Shown here: piece by piece, positions 48,901-59,041 of the stretch
How positions within the stretch are numbered: position 1 is the stretch's first letter
Layout of the letters: the number at the start of each line of letters is the position of its first letter
Assembly: GCA_963823665.1 (NCBI GenBank)
Contig: CAWGMQ010000011.1
Coordinates: 128,001 to 192,000 of the forward strand
Direction of reading: 5' to 3'
DNA: 64,000 nt
From: an uncultured Planctomycetota bacterium
GTDB taxonomy: Bacteria; Planctomycetota; Planctomycetia; Isosphaerales; Isosphaeraceae
The notes under the pieces: generated by a model
Databases searched by the model: none
Seen by the model: the letters and a program-made list of their open reading frames with translations, nothing else
Told to the model about the DNA's origin: nothing
Made by a program: the position numbers and the translations under genes

Positions 48901-50714
48901 CCGTATCTACCGTATTGCCCCTCCCGGGTTCCGATTCATCCCACCGCCTCGATTGAGCCGGGCGACGACGGCCGAGCTTGTGGCGGCCCTGGGACGCAAG
49001 GATGGCTGGTATCGCGATACAGCCCATCGCCTGCTCTATGAACGCCAGGACCGGGCCGCGATCAACCCGCTGCGAGCGATGCTTGACGTCAAAGAGGCGC
49101 CACTGCCCCAGACGCGGGTGAACGCACTCTGGTCGCTTGAAGGGTTGGGAGCACTTGCTGATGACGATATTCTCAGTGGATTGAATGATCGCGCGGCGGA
49201 AGTGCGTGCGCAGGCCGTGAAGCTCGCCGCGCCTCGACTGGGTCGATCGCCGGAGGTGCTTGCGAAGGTGCTCGAGCTGGCCGACGATTCCGAGGTTACC
49301 GTGCGCTTCCAGACGGCGCTTGCGATCGGCGCGAGCGGTGATGCGCGGGTCGAGCCCACGCTCTTGCGGATCGCGCGGCGGGACGCCGCCAACCACTGGA
49401 TGCGCTCTGCGGTGCTTTGCTCGGGACTCGAGACGGCCGCGAGGATGCTGGTTGATCTCTGGGGTGTTCAGGAGGCCGATCGGCGGCGGGGCGCGGATGC
49501 CGGCGCGCTGCGGTTGTTGCTCGACGAGCTGGCTCGAATCGTCGGAGCGCGCAACGACCGCGTGGAAATCGATCGCGTTCTCGACCGGCTTGCGACAACG
49601 GCGCACGCGACAGAGAGGCGTGAGCTGCGCGATGAGTTGATCCTGGTGCTCGCTCGCGGCGCCCGAGGAGCGGGCGGCCGGCTTCACTCGGGAGCCGGCG
49701 CGACGAATTCCGGCGCGGATGGTGGCGGAGTTGATCGAGGAGACCCGGACAGCCGTGCGCGACGAGCATTCCCCAGAGGCGATTCGCGCGGCGGCGATTG
49801 CCCGATTGGTGACACTCGAACCGGTCTTGTCGGGAGTGGATCTTGGGAAACTGCTCGAGCCTCGAGAGCCATTGGCAGTGCAGCTTGCCGTGGTCCGAGC
49901 GGTCTCTGACAGCGATTCTGCGGAAGTCGTGCAGCTTCTGCTGCCCCGGATGCGCGGGTTCGAGCCGGTCGTTCGCACGGCTGCGGTGCAGACGTTGCTT
50001 TCCCGCGCGGCCTGGACCAGGGCGCTGCTGGAAGCCATGAGCCGCGACGATGGGCGGAACGGTTTGAGCACGGGCTTGATCGAGCCTGCCGACCGCGGGA
50101 GGCTGCTCAAGCACAGGGACGTCCAGATCGCGGGACTCGCAAAGAAGCTCTTTTCGCAGAGCGCGGCGGATTCGCGCGCGGGGGTGATTCTTGACTATGC
50201 GACGGCGATTCGCTCGGGAGGAGATCGCGGCCGCGGGGCCAAGGTGTTCGAGCGGGAATGCAAGGCGTGTCACAAGATCGGCGAGCAGGGATTTGCGCTG
50301 GGGCCTGACCTCACAGGCTCGCCGTCGCGCGATCCCGCGGCGCTGCTTGCCAATATTCTCGATCCGAATGCCAGTGTGCCGCCCAAGGACGTGCAGTATG
50401 TGGTAGTCGATCAGAACGGCAGGACATACTCCGGGATCATTGCGGCCCAGACGGCGACGGGCTTGACGCTCGAGCGCGGCGAGGGAGCCCGGGATACGAT
50501 TCTCCGCAGCCAGGTTTCCGAGCTTGCCAGCACGGGGTTATCATTGATGCCCGAGGGATTCGAGAAGCGAGTTTCGAAGGCTGAGATGGCGGATCTCGTC
50601 GCCTTTCTGTGCGCGACACACCGTGGCGGAGACAGCAGCGACGGCGTTGCCGATCAAGACTCGCGTCCGCTCGATGTCGGAACTTTGCCGGGACTGATCG
50701 AGCCGGACGAGTGA
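45950..50714 (+). CDS. Fusion of a CehA/McbA-like PHP metallohydrolase and a PVC-type heme-binding CxxCH protein (propeller + HEAT + cytochrome c); frameshift at ~49710
   Basis: SGDLHLH, GQEY, YGHLNL, YAHGG, GASDY, SFVTNGP, AHTNPVY; then VAAEPLVQSPVA, GLDHWIY, FDDWGNRF, DNWFRPVN, GRIYRI; CKACH, GPDLT, SLMPEGFE in ORF 49719..50714. Confidence 0.85.
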
Positions 50715-50774
50715 ACCGGGTAATATGGATTGTGGAAAGCGAATTTCGTACGAGCTCATTCCAAGGAGATTGTG

Positions 50775-51077
50775 ATGATTGACCTGATCAAGAAGGCGTT
50801 ATACACCGGCGTTGGCCTGGCCGTCCTGACGAAGGAAAAGGCTGAGGAGCTCGTGCAGGAGCTGACCAAGCAGGCGAAGCTCTCGGAGCAGGAGGGAAAG
50901 GAACTGTTCGATGGATTGCTGAAGCAGTCGGAGCAAGCGCGCAACGATTTTCAGACGAAGGTTGACGAGACGGTGCTCGCGGTGGTGAAGCGTCTGAACC
51001 TGGCCACCAAGGATGAAGTCGCCGGATTGAAGGCGAAGATCGACGAGCTTTCGGCGAAGGTTGGGCAGGGGTCGTGA
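50775..51077 (+). CDS. Phasin family (PHA-granule-associated-like) protein
   Basis: aaggag RBS; MIDLIKKALYTGVGLAVLTKEKAEELVQEL...LNLATKDEV. Confidence 0.75.
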   Translation: MIDLIKKALYTGVGLAVLTKEKAEELVQELTKQAKLSEQEGKELFDGLLKQSEQARNDFQTKVDETVLAVVKRLNLATKDEVAGLKAKIDELSAKVGQGS

Positions 51078-51078
51078 T

Positions 51079-51510
51079 CTAGTCGATCGGCGGGCGCACG
51101 TCGGGGTCGATCTGGTACCCGTTTGCCAGCGCGTTGGTCATGTTGAAGAGTCCGACGATCGCCATGATCTCGCCGAGCGTCTCCTGATCGACGCCCAGCT
51201 TGCGTAACGCTGCTGTGTGCGAGTTGATGCAGTAGGCGCATCCGTTCGTGGCCGACACGGCGAGAGCGATGATTTCCCGCACCTTGGGATCAAGCCGGGA
51301 TTCTCGTCCCGCCGCCTCGGGGTGCATGAGCGTCTTCAGGCTGGACCAGACGACCTCGAGCTGGACGGGGTTGGTTGCGAGGGTGCGCCAGATTGCGGGC
51401 ACGAAATCGATATTCTTGGTTTGCTTGATGTCGGCGAAGATTTCGGCCACGGTGCCCGAAGCTTCGTGCGCGTGAACCGGCCGAACCGTTGCGATGCGTT
51501 CTTCTGCCAT
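51079..51510 (-). CDS. Carboxymuconolactone decarboxylase / AhpD-like protein
   Basis: REIIALAVSATNGCAYCINSH. Confidence 0.88.
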   Translation of the reverse strand: MAEERIATVRPVHAHEASGTVAEIFADIKQTKNIDFVPAIWRTLATNPVQLEVVWSSLKTLMHPEAAGRESRLDPKVREIIALAVSATNGCAYCINSHTAALRKLGVDQETLGEIMAIVGLFNMTNALANGYQIDPDVRPPID

Positions 51511-51569
51511 GGCGAGCTGCTCTCTGGTTGAGGGGGGAATAGAAGCCCGGGCGCAGGTACTTCTTTCAG

Positions 51570-53252
51570 TCAGGAAGCATGCTCGAGGGCTGCTTGAAGC
51601 TCTGCCTTTTGCTCACGTTCCAGGTTGATTTCACGCTCCGGTGTGTGCAGGATGAGCGGGCCCCAAAGCGGCATCATGACTCCGATCGCAAGCACGACGA
51701 ACACCACGACCGGAGCTGTCATTGGCAGGCTGAGACCGTCGAACGTGGTGCGGACGAGCGGCGCCACCAGAAGCAATGCCGGAATCGCGCCGAGCAAATT
51801 CGCGGCCGATGCCATGGGTGAGCACGGCGGGCAGCGGCCGGCGATGGCCAGACCGAGCAAGCTGCCCAGAGCCGGCCATACGAAGAGGTAGCTCGCGCCG
51901 GGAACCCAGATCGCGGTGGCCAGCGACAAGCCGACCCACCAGGACAAGGCGCCCAGGATCAGCCCTTTGAGTGGCTGCGAACTGACCCACCAGCGTGTCC
52001 AAAGGGCGGTGATCGCCGCGGCAATGAGGGCGAAGGCGGTCATGATCAAGACGTCATATTTCAGCCAGGGAATGGTTGCGGTGTGCAGGAGCTCGCGGAG
52101 AATGTTCGCGCACAGACCCAGCAAGCACAGAACGCCTACGGCCAGGAGCGACGCTATGATCTCGCAGGGAAACAGAAGGGTCGCAGAGATCAGGTCGCCC
52201 AGATCGATCTCGGCCGTTCGGAGCGCGCGGATGACCAGCGTGAGGTAGATACCTGAAGCAACCAGTGCCAGAGGTAGAACCCACGTCTTCGAGTAGGACA
52301 GGACGTAGCGGTTGAGGACGGAGGTGTAGATCACGTCATCTTGTCGTGGCTTATCGAGGTCGAGACGGCCGAAATGAAGGGTTGCCGCGAGCGCGTTTTC
52401 GCCATGATGCTGCAAGGTGCGCTGGTCGAGGTTTTCGGGTGTATCTTCGGGCGTATGATAGTAGGCCAGCCCGGAGCCGAAGGCGAAATTGAGGCCGCCC
52501 ATTCCCGCGTTCTTGAAGATGGTCATGTCGGAGTTATTGGGCATGATCTTGTAGACATCCATGCTCAACGAGGTGGCCAGCGGTTGCTGTATGGCTTCTG
52601 CGTACTGACTGATCAGCCATCCGTTCGAGTCGCTGGTCTCGAACATGACCGACGGGCCGGAGTTGCCGCGTGCGTCAAAATTGAGTGCGAGGCCGATCTC
52701 CCTGGACCAGGGATGCTCGTTTGCGAAAAGGTGGGCGCCCAGCAGGCCGCTCTCTTCGCCGTCGGTGAAGAGCACGATCAAATCACGCTCGAGCGGTGGG
52801 GCGGCCTTCAAGGCTCGGAGCGTTTCGAGCACGACGGCCACGCCGGCCGCGTTGTCGGAGGCGCCCGGGCCTTCGGGGACTGAATCGTAATGCGCGCAGA
52901 GCATCAGGGCCTTCTTACCCGAGGGCCCCTGCCCTTTGATTCGCGCGAGGATGTTCTGCGGCGCGGGCTGGTCGTGCCCGGCGGTCGATTGGACTTCGGC
53001 GGCGAGTCCGATTTCTTCGAGGAGCCGGATGATCGTTTTGCGCACGCGCTCGGATTCTGCGGAACCCATTGGATGAGGGGCACGGGCGATTGCTTCGACA
53101 TGTTTCTGTGCGCGCCCCGCGGCGAAGCGGTCGGCGGCAGCATGCGCAGGGAGCGGCGGCGGGGGATTCTGTGCGTGAATTGCTAACCAGGCGACCATGA
53201 CGGCTGCCAGCGCGGCAACCCAGGCCGGCCAACGACGATCAGCCACATTCAC
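51570..53252 (-). CDS. Membrane-bound M28 family peptidase
   Basis: AHYDSV..GPGASDN, FTDGEESGL, NFDARG, YYHTPEDT; multi-TM C-terminus. Confidence 0.9.
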   Translation of the reverse strand: MNVADRRWPAWVAALAAVMVAWLAIHAQNPPPPLPAHAAADRFAAGRAQKHVEAIARAPHPMGSAESERVRKTIIRLLEEIGLAAEVQSTAGHDQPAPQNILARIKGQGPSGKKALMLCAHYDSVPEGPGASDNAAGVAVVLETLRALKAAPPLERDLIVLFTDGEESGLLGAHLFANEHPWSREIGLALNFDARGNSGPSVMFETSDSNGWLISQYAEAIQQPLATSLSMDVYKIMPNNSDMTIFKNAGMGGLNFAFGSGLAYYHTPEDTPENLDQRTLQHHGENALAATLHFGRLDLDKPRQDDVIYTSVLNRYVLSYSKTWVLPLALVASGIYLTLVIRALRTAEIDLGDLISATLLFPCEIIASLLAVGVLCLLGLCANILRELLHTATIPWLKYDVLIMTAFALIAAAITALWTRWWVSSQPLKGLILGALSWWVGLSLATAIWVPGASYLFVWPALGSLLGLAIAGRCPPCSPMASAANLLGAIPALLLVAPLVRTTFDGLSLPMTAPVVVFVVLAIGVMMPLWGPLILHTPEREINLEREQKAELQAALEHAS

Positions 53253-53378
53253 CCCCTTCTGCGCCGCTACCGTGCATCCCGGTCAAACTTGAAGTTCAGG
53301 CTTATCCCACGAAATGGTATGTTCAGGCAAACCATCATCGTCGATCGAGGGAATGTGAGCAAGTTCAGGGAGGGTTTG

Positions 53379-54347
53379 ATGTCTTCGGGTTCTTTCTGGC
53401 TCAAACATCGGCGACGGATTAGACGATGGGTTGTCTTTCTTCTGGTGAGCGCCACCGTGTGGCTGCTTGTTTCGTCGGCGGTGGTCTACAAGCTGACCAG
53501 GCGCCGCGGGCACCGCTCTCCTGAGCCGGTTCCGCAGGTAACCTGGGGTGCAATCGAAACCCAGCGGTTGAAGACGAGCGACGGAGAGGAGCTGGGCGCG
53601 TGGTTTGTTGAAGGGCGTGAGCATGCTCCCAGCGTGCTGCTGCTCCACGGGAACAACGCCAACCGGGGCAACACGCTCAGTCGTGGCAAGCTGCTGGTCT
53701 CCCATGGGTATGCCGTGTTGATGCTCACTTTGCGGGCGCACGGGGATTCGACCGGGGAGTATCACGACATCGGTTGGAGGGCTCGTCAGGATGTCTGGGC
53801 CGCTGTCGAGTTTCTGGAGCAGCGGCGGCCTGGCCGGCCGGTCATCGTCAGCGGCAACTCGATGGGCTCGGCCGCCGCGATCTTCGCCGCGAAAGAACTG
53901 GGCACGCGGGTGCAGGGCTACATTCTGGAAAGTCCGTACCAAGATCTGAAGGTTGCGGTCTGGAATCGCGTGGATATCGCATTGCCGCCGGGTCTGAGCC
54001 ATGTCGCCTATGCAGGCCTGAGGACAGTCGGACCTCTGTTCCTACCTCATCTCGACCAGATTTCCCCGGTCAACGAGATCAGCGGAATACCGGAGGATGT
54101 GCCCGTCTTGATCCTGGCCGGTGACGCCGATCGCCATGCGCGACTACACGAGGCGCGGGCGATCCTGGCCAAAGTCGCGTCGCACGGGAATTTGGTTGTC
54201 TTTGCCGGGGCCCCTCACGGCGACCTGTTTCATTCCAACCGGGATCTTTACGAGCGGACGGTGCTGGATTTTTGCCGTGAGATCAACGAGCCGGCGAAGC
54301 TGGGCTCATCGGTCATGACGCTCAAGCCCGGCGACGGTGAACAATGA
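53379..54347 (+). CDS. Alpha/beta hydrolase with N-terminal TM
   Basis: LLLHGN, RAHGDS, GNSMG, AGDAD, APH. Confidence 0.85.
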   Translation: MSSGSFWLKHRRRIRRWVVFLLVSATVWLLVSSAVVYKLTRRRGHRSPEPVPQVTWGAIETQRLKTSDGEELGAWFVEGREHAPSVLLLHGNNANRGNTLSRGKLLVSHGYAVLMLTLRAHGDSTGEYHDIGWRARQDVWAAVEFLEQRRPGRPVIVSGNSMGSAAAIFAAKELGTRVQGYILESPYQDLKVAVWNRVDIALPPGLSHVAYAGLRTVGPLFLPHLDQISPVNEISGIPEDVPVLILAGDADRHARLHEARAILAKVASHGNLVVFAGAPHGDLFHSNRDLYERTVLDFCREINEPAKLGSSVMTLKPGDGEQ

Positions 54348-55255
54348 TGGTGGCACGGGCTTGTTGACCGAGTCCCACTTGAAGGAAAGCTCGTAAGTGT
54401 CGGCGCGCGAGCCCATGGTCAGCTCGTTGCGAAATTTTTTGGGAATCCATGTTCCGTGAATCTGTACCCAGACCATTTCGCTCACGTAGATGGGGAGTCC
54501 GGAGCGCGTGCTGACTTCGCAGCGAATCGGACCGAAGCCCCTCGAATCATCGATCCACACCGACCGTATCACGGCATTGTTCTGACCTGATGAAAGCGTC
54601 ATTCGGTAAATGTGGTCGGATTCCTTGGCGACTTCCTCGAGGCACGAGTCGGTCCAGGTCTTCAGGACCTGGTCGAAATTGAGCAACGTCGGGTCCTGGT
54701 TCCAGAACAGCAGTCCCAAGCTCCGGACGTCGAAGGGGGCAATTCCGTGAAGCGTGTTTGACGGTGCAGGCCCGTCAATCAGGACGAGCTCGGTGCGACC
54801 TGCTGTTTCCGACCGGCAGATCGTCCTCTCTGGCGTCATGATTAACTTGGCGGTGAAGCGGTCGCGCGCGTGCCCGGCACGGCGGGTAAGGCCACGGCCA
54901 GAGGCTCGGTTCTGTCAAATCGCCGCAGCCCTTTTTCGTGGTCGAACGCGCCGAAGATTTCAACGTCGCCCGCGCCGTGGGAACGATCTGCCCAATGATC
55001 GATAACGCGGCGGCCGGTGGCGACGAAAATGCCCCGCTCCAATTTCCTGCGGTTCTCGGTCATGCCGGTCCAGAGATACCGAGCGAGCTTCGCCGGATCC
55101 GGATCGGAAGCCGATGGGACTTGAACATCTTCGCCATCGCCCGCGTGTGTGATCGGTGAAACGATCACGAAAGACACCACGACGGTCAGCGCACGAAGGA
55201 AACGCTGACCGTGCTCGGGCCATACGGCGATGTGGACAGAGGCGGGATGTGTCAT
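54306..55255 (-). CDS. Secreted hypothetical protein (frameshift at ~54860), possibly LolA-like fold
   Basis: ORF 54842..55255 (signal peptide) continues in ORF 54306..54839 (WIDDSRGFGPIRCE..WIPKK..NKPVPPSLF). Confidence 0.5.
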
Positions 55256-55464
55256 TCGGGTCGACCTCCCTGCGCCGCCGGTTTTTGTGCGCTCGTTCTG
55301 CTCGGGGCCAACGATCCATTATCCAGTGGTCGGGTTATCTGGTCCAGTGACTGAGGGAGACGTCCGTGCAAATCGCATGCCTTGTGGCAGGGCCGCGCGG
55401 CGGATAGTCTCAACCAAGCGGGTCCTTGCAAACTTCGTTGACCGGTTCTCGAAGGAGGCGGAGG

Positions 55465-58400
55465 ATGACTGGCCGAAAGACTTGGGACGCCCGAGAATCG
55501 CTCGCAACGACGGCTGCGCTGCTGGTTCTTGTTGGTTGCGCGTGTTGCGGGAACGCGTGGGCTTTTGAGCAGGCGGCGGACGGAATCAGTGGCCGCGTCG
55601 TCGACGCCTCGGGCGCGGTTGTGGCGGCGGCGAAGGTCTGGGTGATCGGCGGTTCGTGGGAGGAGCCTGAGGCGGTTGCGGAGACGAGCGCAGATGGCCA
55701 GGGGGCATTTTCCTTCCCGAGTGTCTGGAAAGAGCTGAATCGCTCGGGCGGTCGCAAACGCCTCGGGCACTCATATAGCCTGGCCGCGCGAGATGGCCGC
55801 GGACGTGTCGGCTGGATCACTTCCGTTGGCAGCGGAATGGAAACGCCGCACAAGATCTCGCTGGTCGAGCCCGGCGAGGCCCGAGGGCGCGTGGTTGACA
55901 CGGCCGGCAAGCCGGTCGCGGGCGCCGAGATCGTGCCGGCGATGTTTGTCCGGTCGCACGAGAGGCGCGCTGGGAATGACTATGTTCGCCTCACGGCTGC
56001 CCTTGCAAAGCCGCTCGCCACGACGACCGCGGCGGACGGTTCGTTCACGCTGCGAGGGATTCCGGCGGGCTGCGATGTGCAGGCGAACGTCACACGCGGT
56101 GGGTTTGGCTCGCCGCGGGTGTCGTGGGATTCGACCAAGCCGGTGACGATCACCCTCGACGGCCGCGTGGGCAGAATCAACGGCCGGCTCGTGACTCCCG
56201 ACGGCAAGGGTTTATCGTCCAGCCTCGCACTGAGTATCCGGCGCAATCAGCCAGCCGATGAGCCGACGGGAAGACCCTTTATCCTGCTGTATTTCAAGAG
56301 CGTGAGCGTCCAGGGCGACGGCCAGTTTCGATTCAATGAGCTGCCGCCGGGCCACTATGCGATCCAACTCGAATCGGCCCCGGATTGTGGATTCGCGGCC
56401 GACACCATTCACGACGTCGAGGTTGGCCCGGGTGCGTCCGTTGGGGACGTGAAGATTGCGCTTCGGCGCCTCGTTGCAATCACCGGCCGTGTGGTCGACG
56501 CAACGAGCGGCGAGGGCGTCGAAGCCGTCTGGGTGAACGCGTCGATCAATTCCGGCGGCGCGATGGCCTATGGCGACAGCGATGTGACCGACGCCCGCGG
56601 ACGCTACACCGTTCACCTCGCGCCCGGGAAGCTCGTGATTCAGGCGACTTCGATACCGAGGAGCCATCTCGGGCTCAGCTACGAATCACTTCCGCAGCTC
56701 GACGTCGCGGGCGATCGGGAATGGCCCGACCTCAAGCTGAGTCGGGCGGTGGCGATCGATGGCGTCGTGGTCGACTCAGCCGGCAAGCTGGTGGAGGGGG
56801 CCGAGGTTCACGCGCTCAAGCAGAGTGCCATGGGGTTTGCGGACATTGGTCCTCCGGCAAAGACCGGGCCGGACGGAATGTTCCGGCTCGAGCAGCTCGA
56901 CCCGGATGACACGTTGCCCGTGCGAGCCCGGACGAAGGATGCGACGACCGACGGGGCGGTCGTGATCGAGCCCGGGAAGCAGTCGGGCAAGCTGACGCTC
57001 GTGATCGATCCGAAATACGCGGCCCGCGTGCACGGGGTGATTCGCGACCGCTCGGGCAAGCCTCTTGCCGGTGCCAAGGTCGGCCTGGGATGGGGCCGGA
57101 ACTACGTGAGCAGGAAGATCCGGTTCTCCGGCGTGGGCAGCTCGCTCGAAGGCTACGAGACCGACGGTGAAGGCCGGTTCACCTCGGCGGCGCTGTGGCC
57201 GGGCGATCGATACAAGGTGACCGCTCAAGCACCGGGCTACGGCAATGCCGAGTCACCCGAGATCACCGGCCGCGCGGGTGAAAACCACGATTTCGGCGCG
57301 ATCCGCCTGGTGGCGACGGGCGGCCGCGTCGTGGGGCGGGTTCTCGATACGGCCGGAAAGCCAGTGGCGGAAGCGACTGTCTTCAACCGCGGCGACGCAC
57401 CGGAGCCTCTGACGTCGCGGACGGATTCCGGCGGGAACTTCCAGCTTGAAGGATTCTTCGACGGCGGCAAATATGTATTTGCGCGAAAAGATGGTTATCG
57501 CTTCACCGGCATGAGGGTAGAGCGCGACTCGGGTGCGGTGACGATCAACTTGAGGCGATCGGATGAAACTCCTCCGCCGTGGGCAAGTGAACGGCGGGCC
57601 ACGCCCGAGGAAGAGAAAGCGCTTGTGAGGCGGGTGCTGACGAAAGTCTGGGAGCGCTACGGCGAGAACGCGAATAACAACGGTGCGTTTGAGTGCATGT
57701 TACAGATGGCCCGGATCGATGTGGCGCTTGCGCTCAAATGGTCTGCGGACACCGGCGGCCAGTACGACGACCGGGTGTACCAGGCAGCGGCCGAGAGCCA
57801 GGCGGAAACCGACGCAGAAAGTGCTCTCGGTCTGCTGAGGGCGCCCAAAGACGGATCGAGCGCGCACATCTTGCAGAAGCTCGCCGAGCGGTTTGCCGGC
57901 GACGATCGGGAGAAGTCGCTCAAGTTTGCCGAGGAGGCGGTGGTGCAGGCGCGCCTGATGCAGCAGCCAGACCGCACCGGTGCGATCGCCAGAGCCGGCG
58001 CGATGCTCGGCGCGACTCGGGCGCAAGGAGGCCGGGCTTGCTCTGCTCAACGAGGCTGCGGAAGCCGCCAAGCGGATGGGGCTCGAGGGGCGCGAGGCAT
58101 ACGCACGCGGCAACGTTGCCGCGGGGCTCGCGCCGTTCGACGTCGAGCGGGCGCTCGCACTCATCGAGCCGATGAAGAACGAGAACGACCGCGACCGCTA
58201 CCTGGGATTCATTGCCACGGCGCTGGCTCCGAGCGATCCCAAGCGAGCACTGGACGTCGCAGGGAAGATCGGCGACCGGTCGAGCACGCCGCAATCGGTG
58301 AAGGTGGCGATCGTTTACGCGCTTGGCCTGTCAGGACGCGCGGACGAGGCGATCAAAGTGATCGAAGGAATGAAGCCGCATTACGCGGCGGAGAAGTACC

Positions 58401-59005
58401 AGAGCGAGGCGTATGCGTGGCTCGCGATGGCTGTGGCCCCTCGCGACAAGGCGCGGGCGGCGATGCTCATCGAGAGGGCACTCAACCTGCCGGTCGATCA
58501 CTCGCAAGAATTCCGCGGTTGGGTCTATTTCGGCGGCGGTGCGGGCGAGGCCGCCTGGACGTCGGCGTGCGCGAAGCGGGCGGGGTACGACGACATGGCC
58601 TCTGCGGTCTTCCGCGTGCTGGCGGCGCGGCCATCGGACCGGAACGGCGATCCGTCGACGGAGGTGGAATGTCAGACCAATGCGGCGGCGATCCTGGCGC
58701 TCACCGACCCGAAGGCGGCGAGCCAGATGCTGCGCGACCTGGAGCTGCGGTGGGGCCAGCGGCTGGGAGAGCTGGGGCGGCTTGCAGGCCGGCGCTGGCT
58801 CATGGCCTGGGCGTTGGCCGATCCATCGCACGCCGAGCAGCTTTTCGAGGCCGAGCTGGCCGCGCTCGAGAGCCGGCCCAACGCGAACGTGCAGTCGACC
58901 GGCATGTTCAAGATGGTTGAGATTCTGGTGCAGCCGCCCAAGCGCCGCGAGGAATTTCTCCGTCGAGAGATCAGCGCGACATGGTATCCGGGGATTGATG
59001 AGTGA
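55465..59005 (+). CDS. Carboxypeptidase regulatory-like repeat protein with helical C-terminal region (frameshift at ~58010)
   Basis: ggagg RBS; signal peptide; repeated GRVVD..GKPVAGA.V...TD..G.F modules; continues in ORF 57980..59005. Confidence 0.82.
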
Positions 59006-59041
59006 GCGCCTACGTCACTGCGTCAGCATTCCCGTTGAGGT

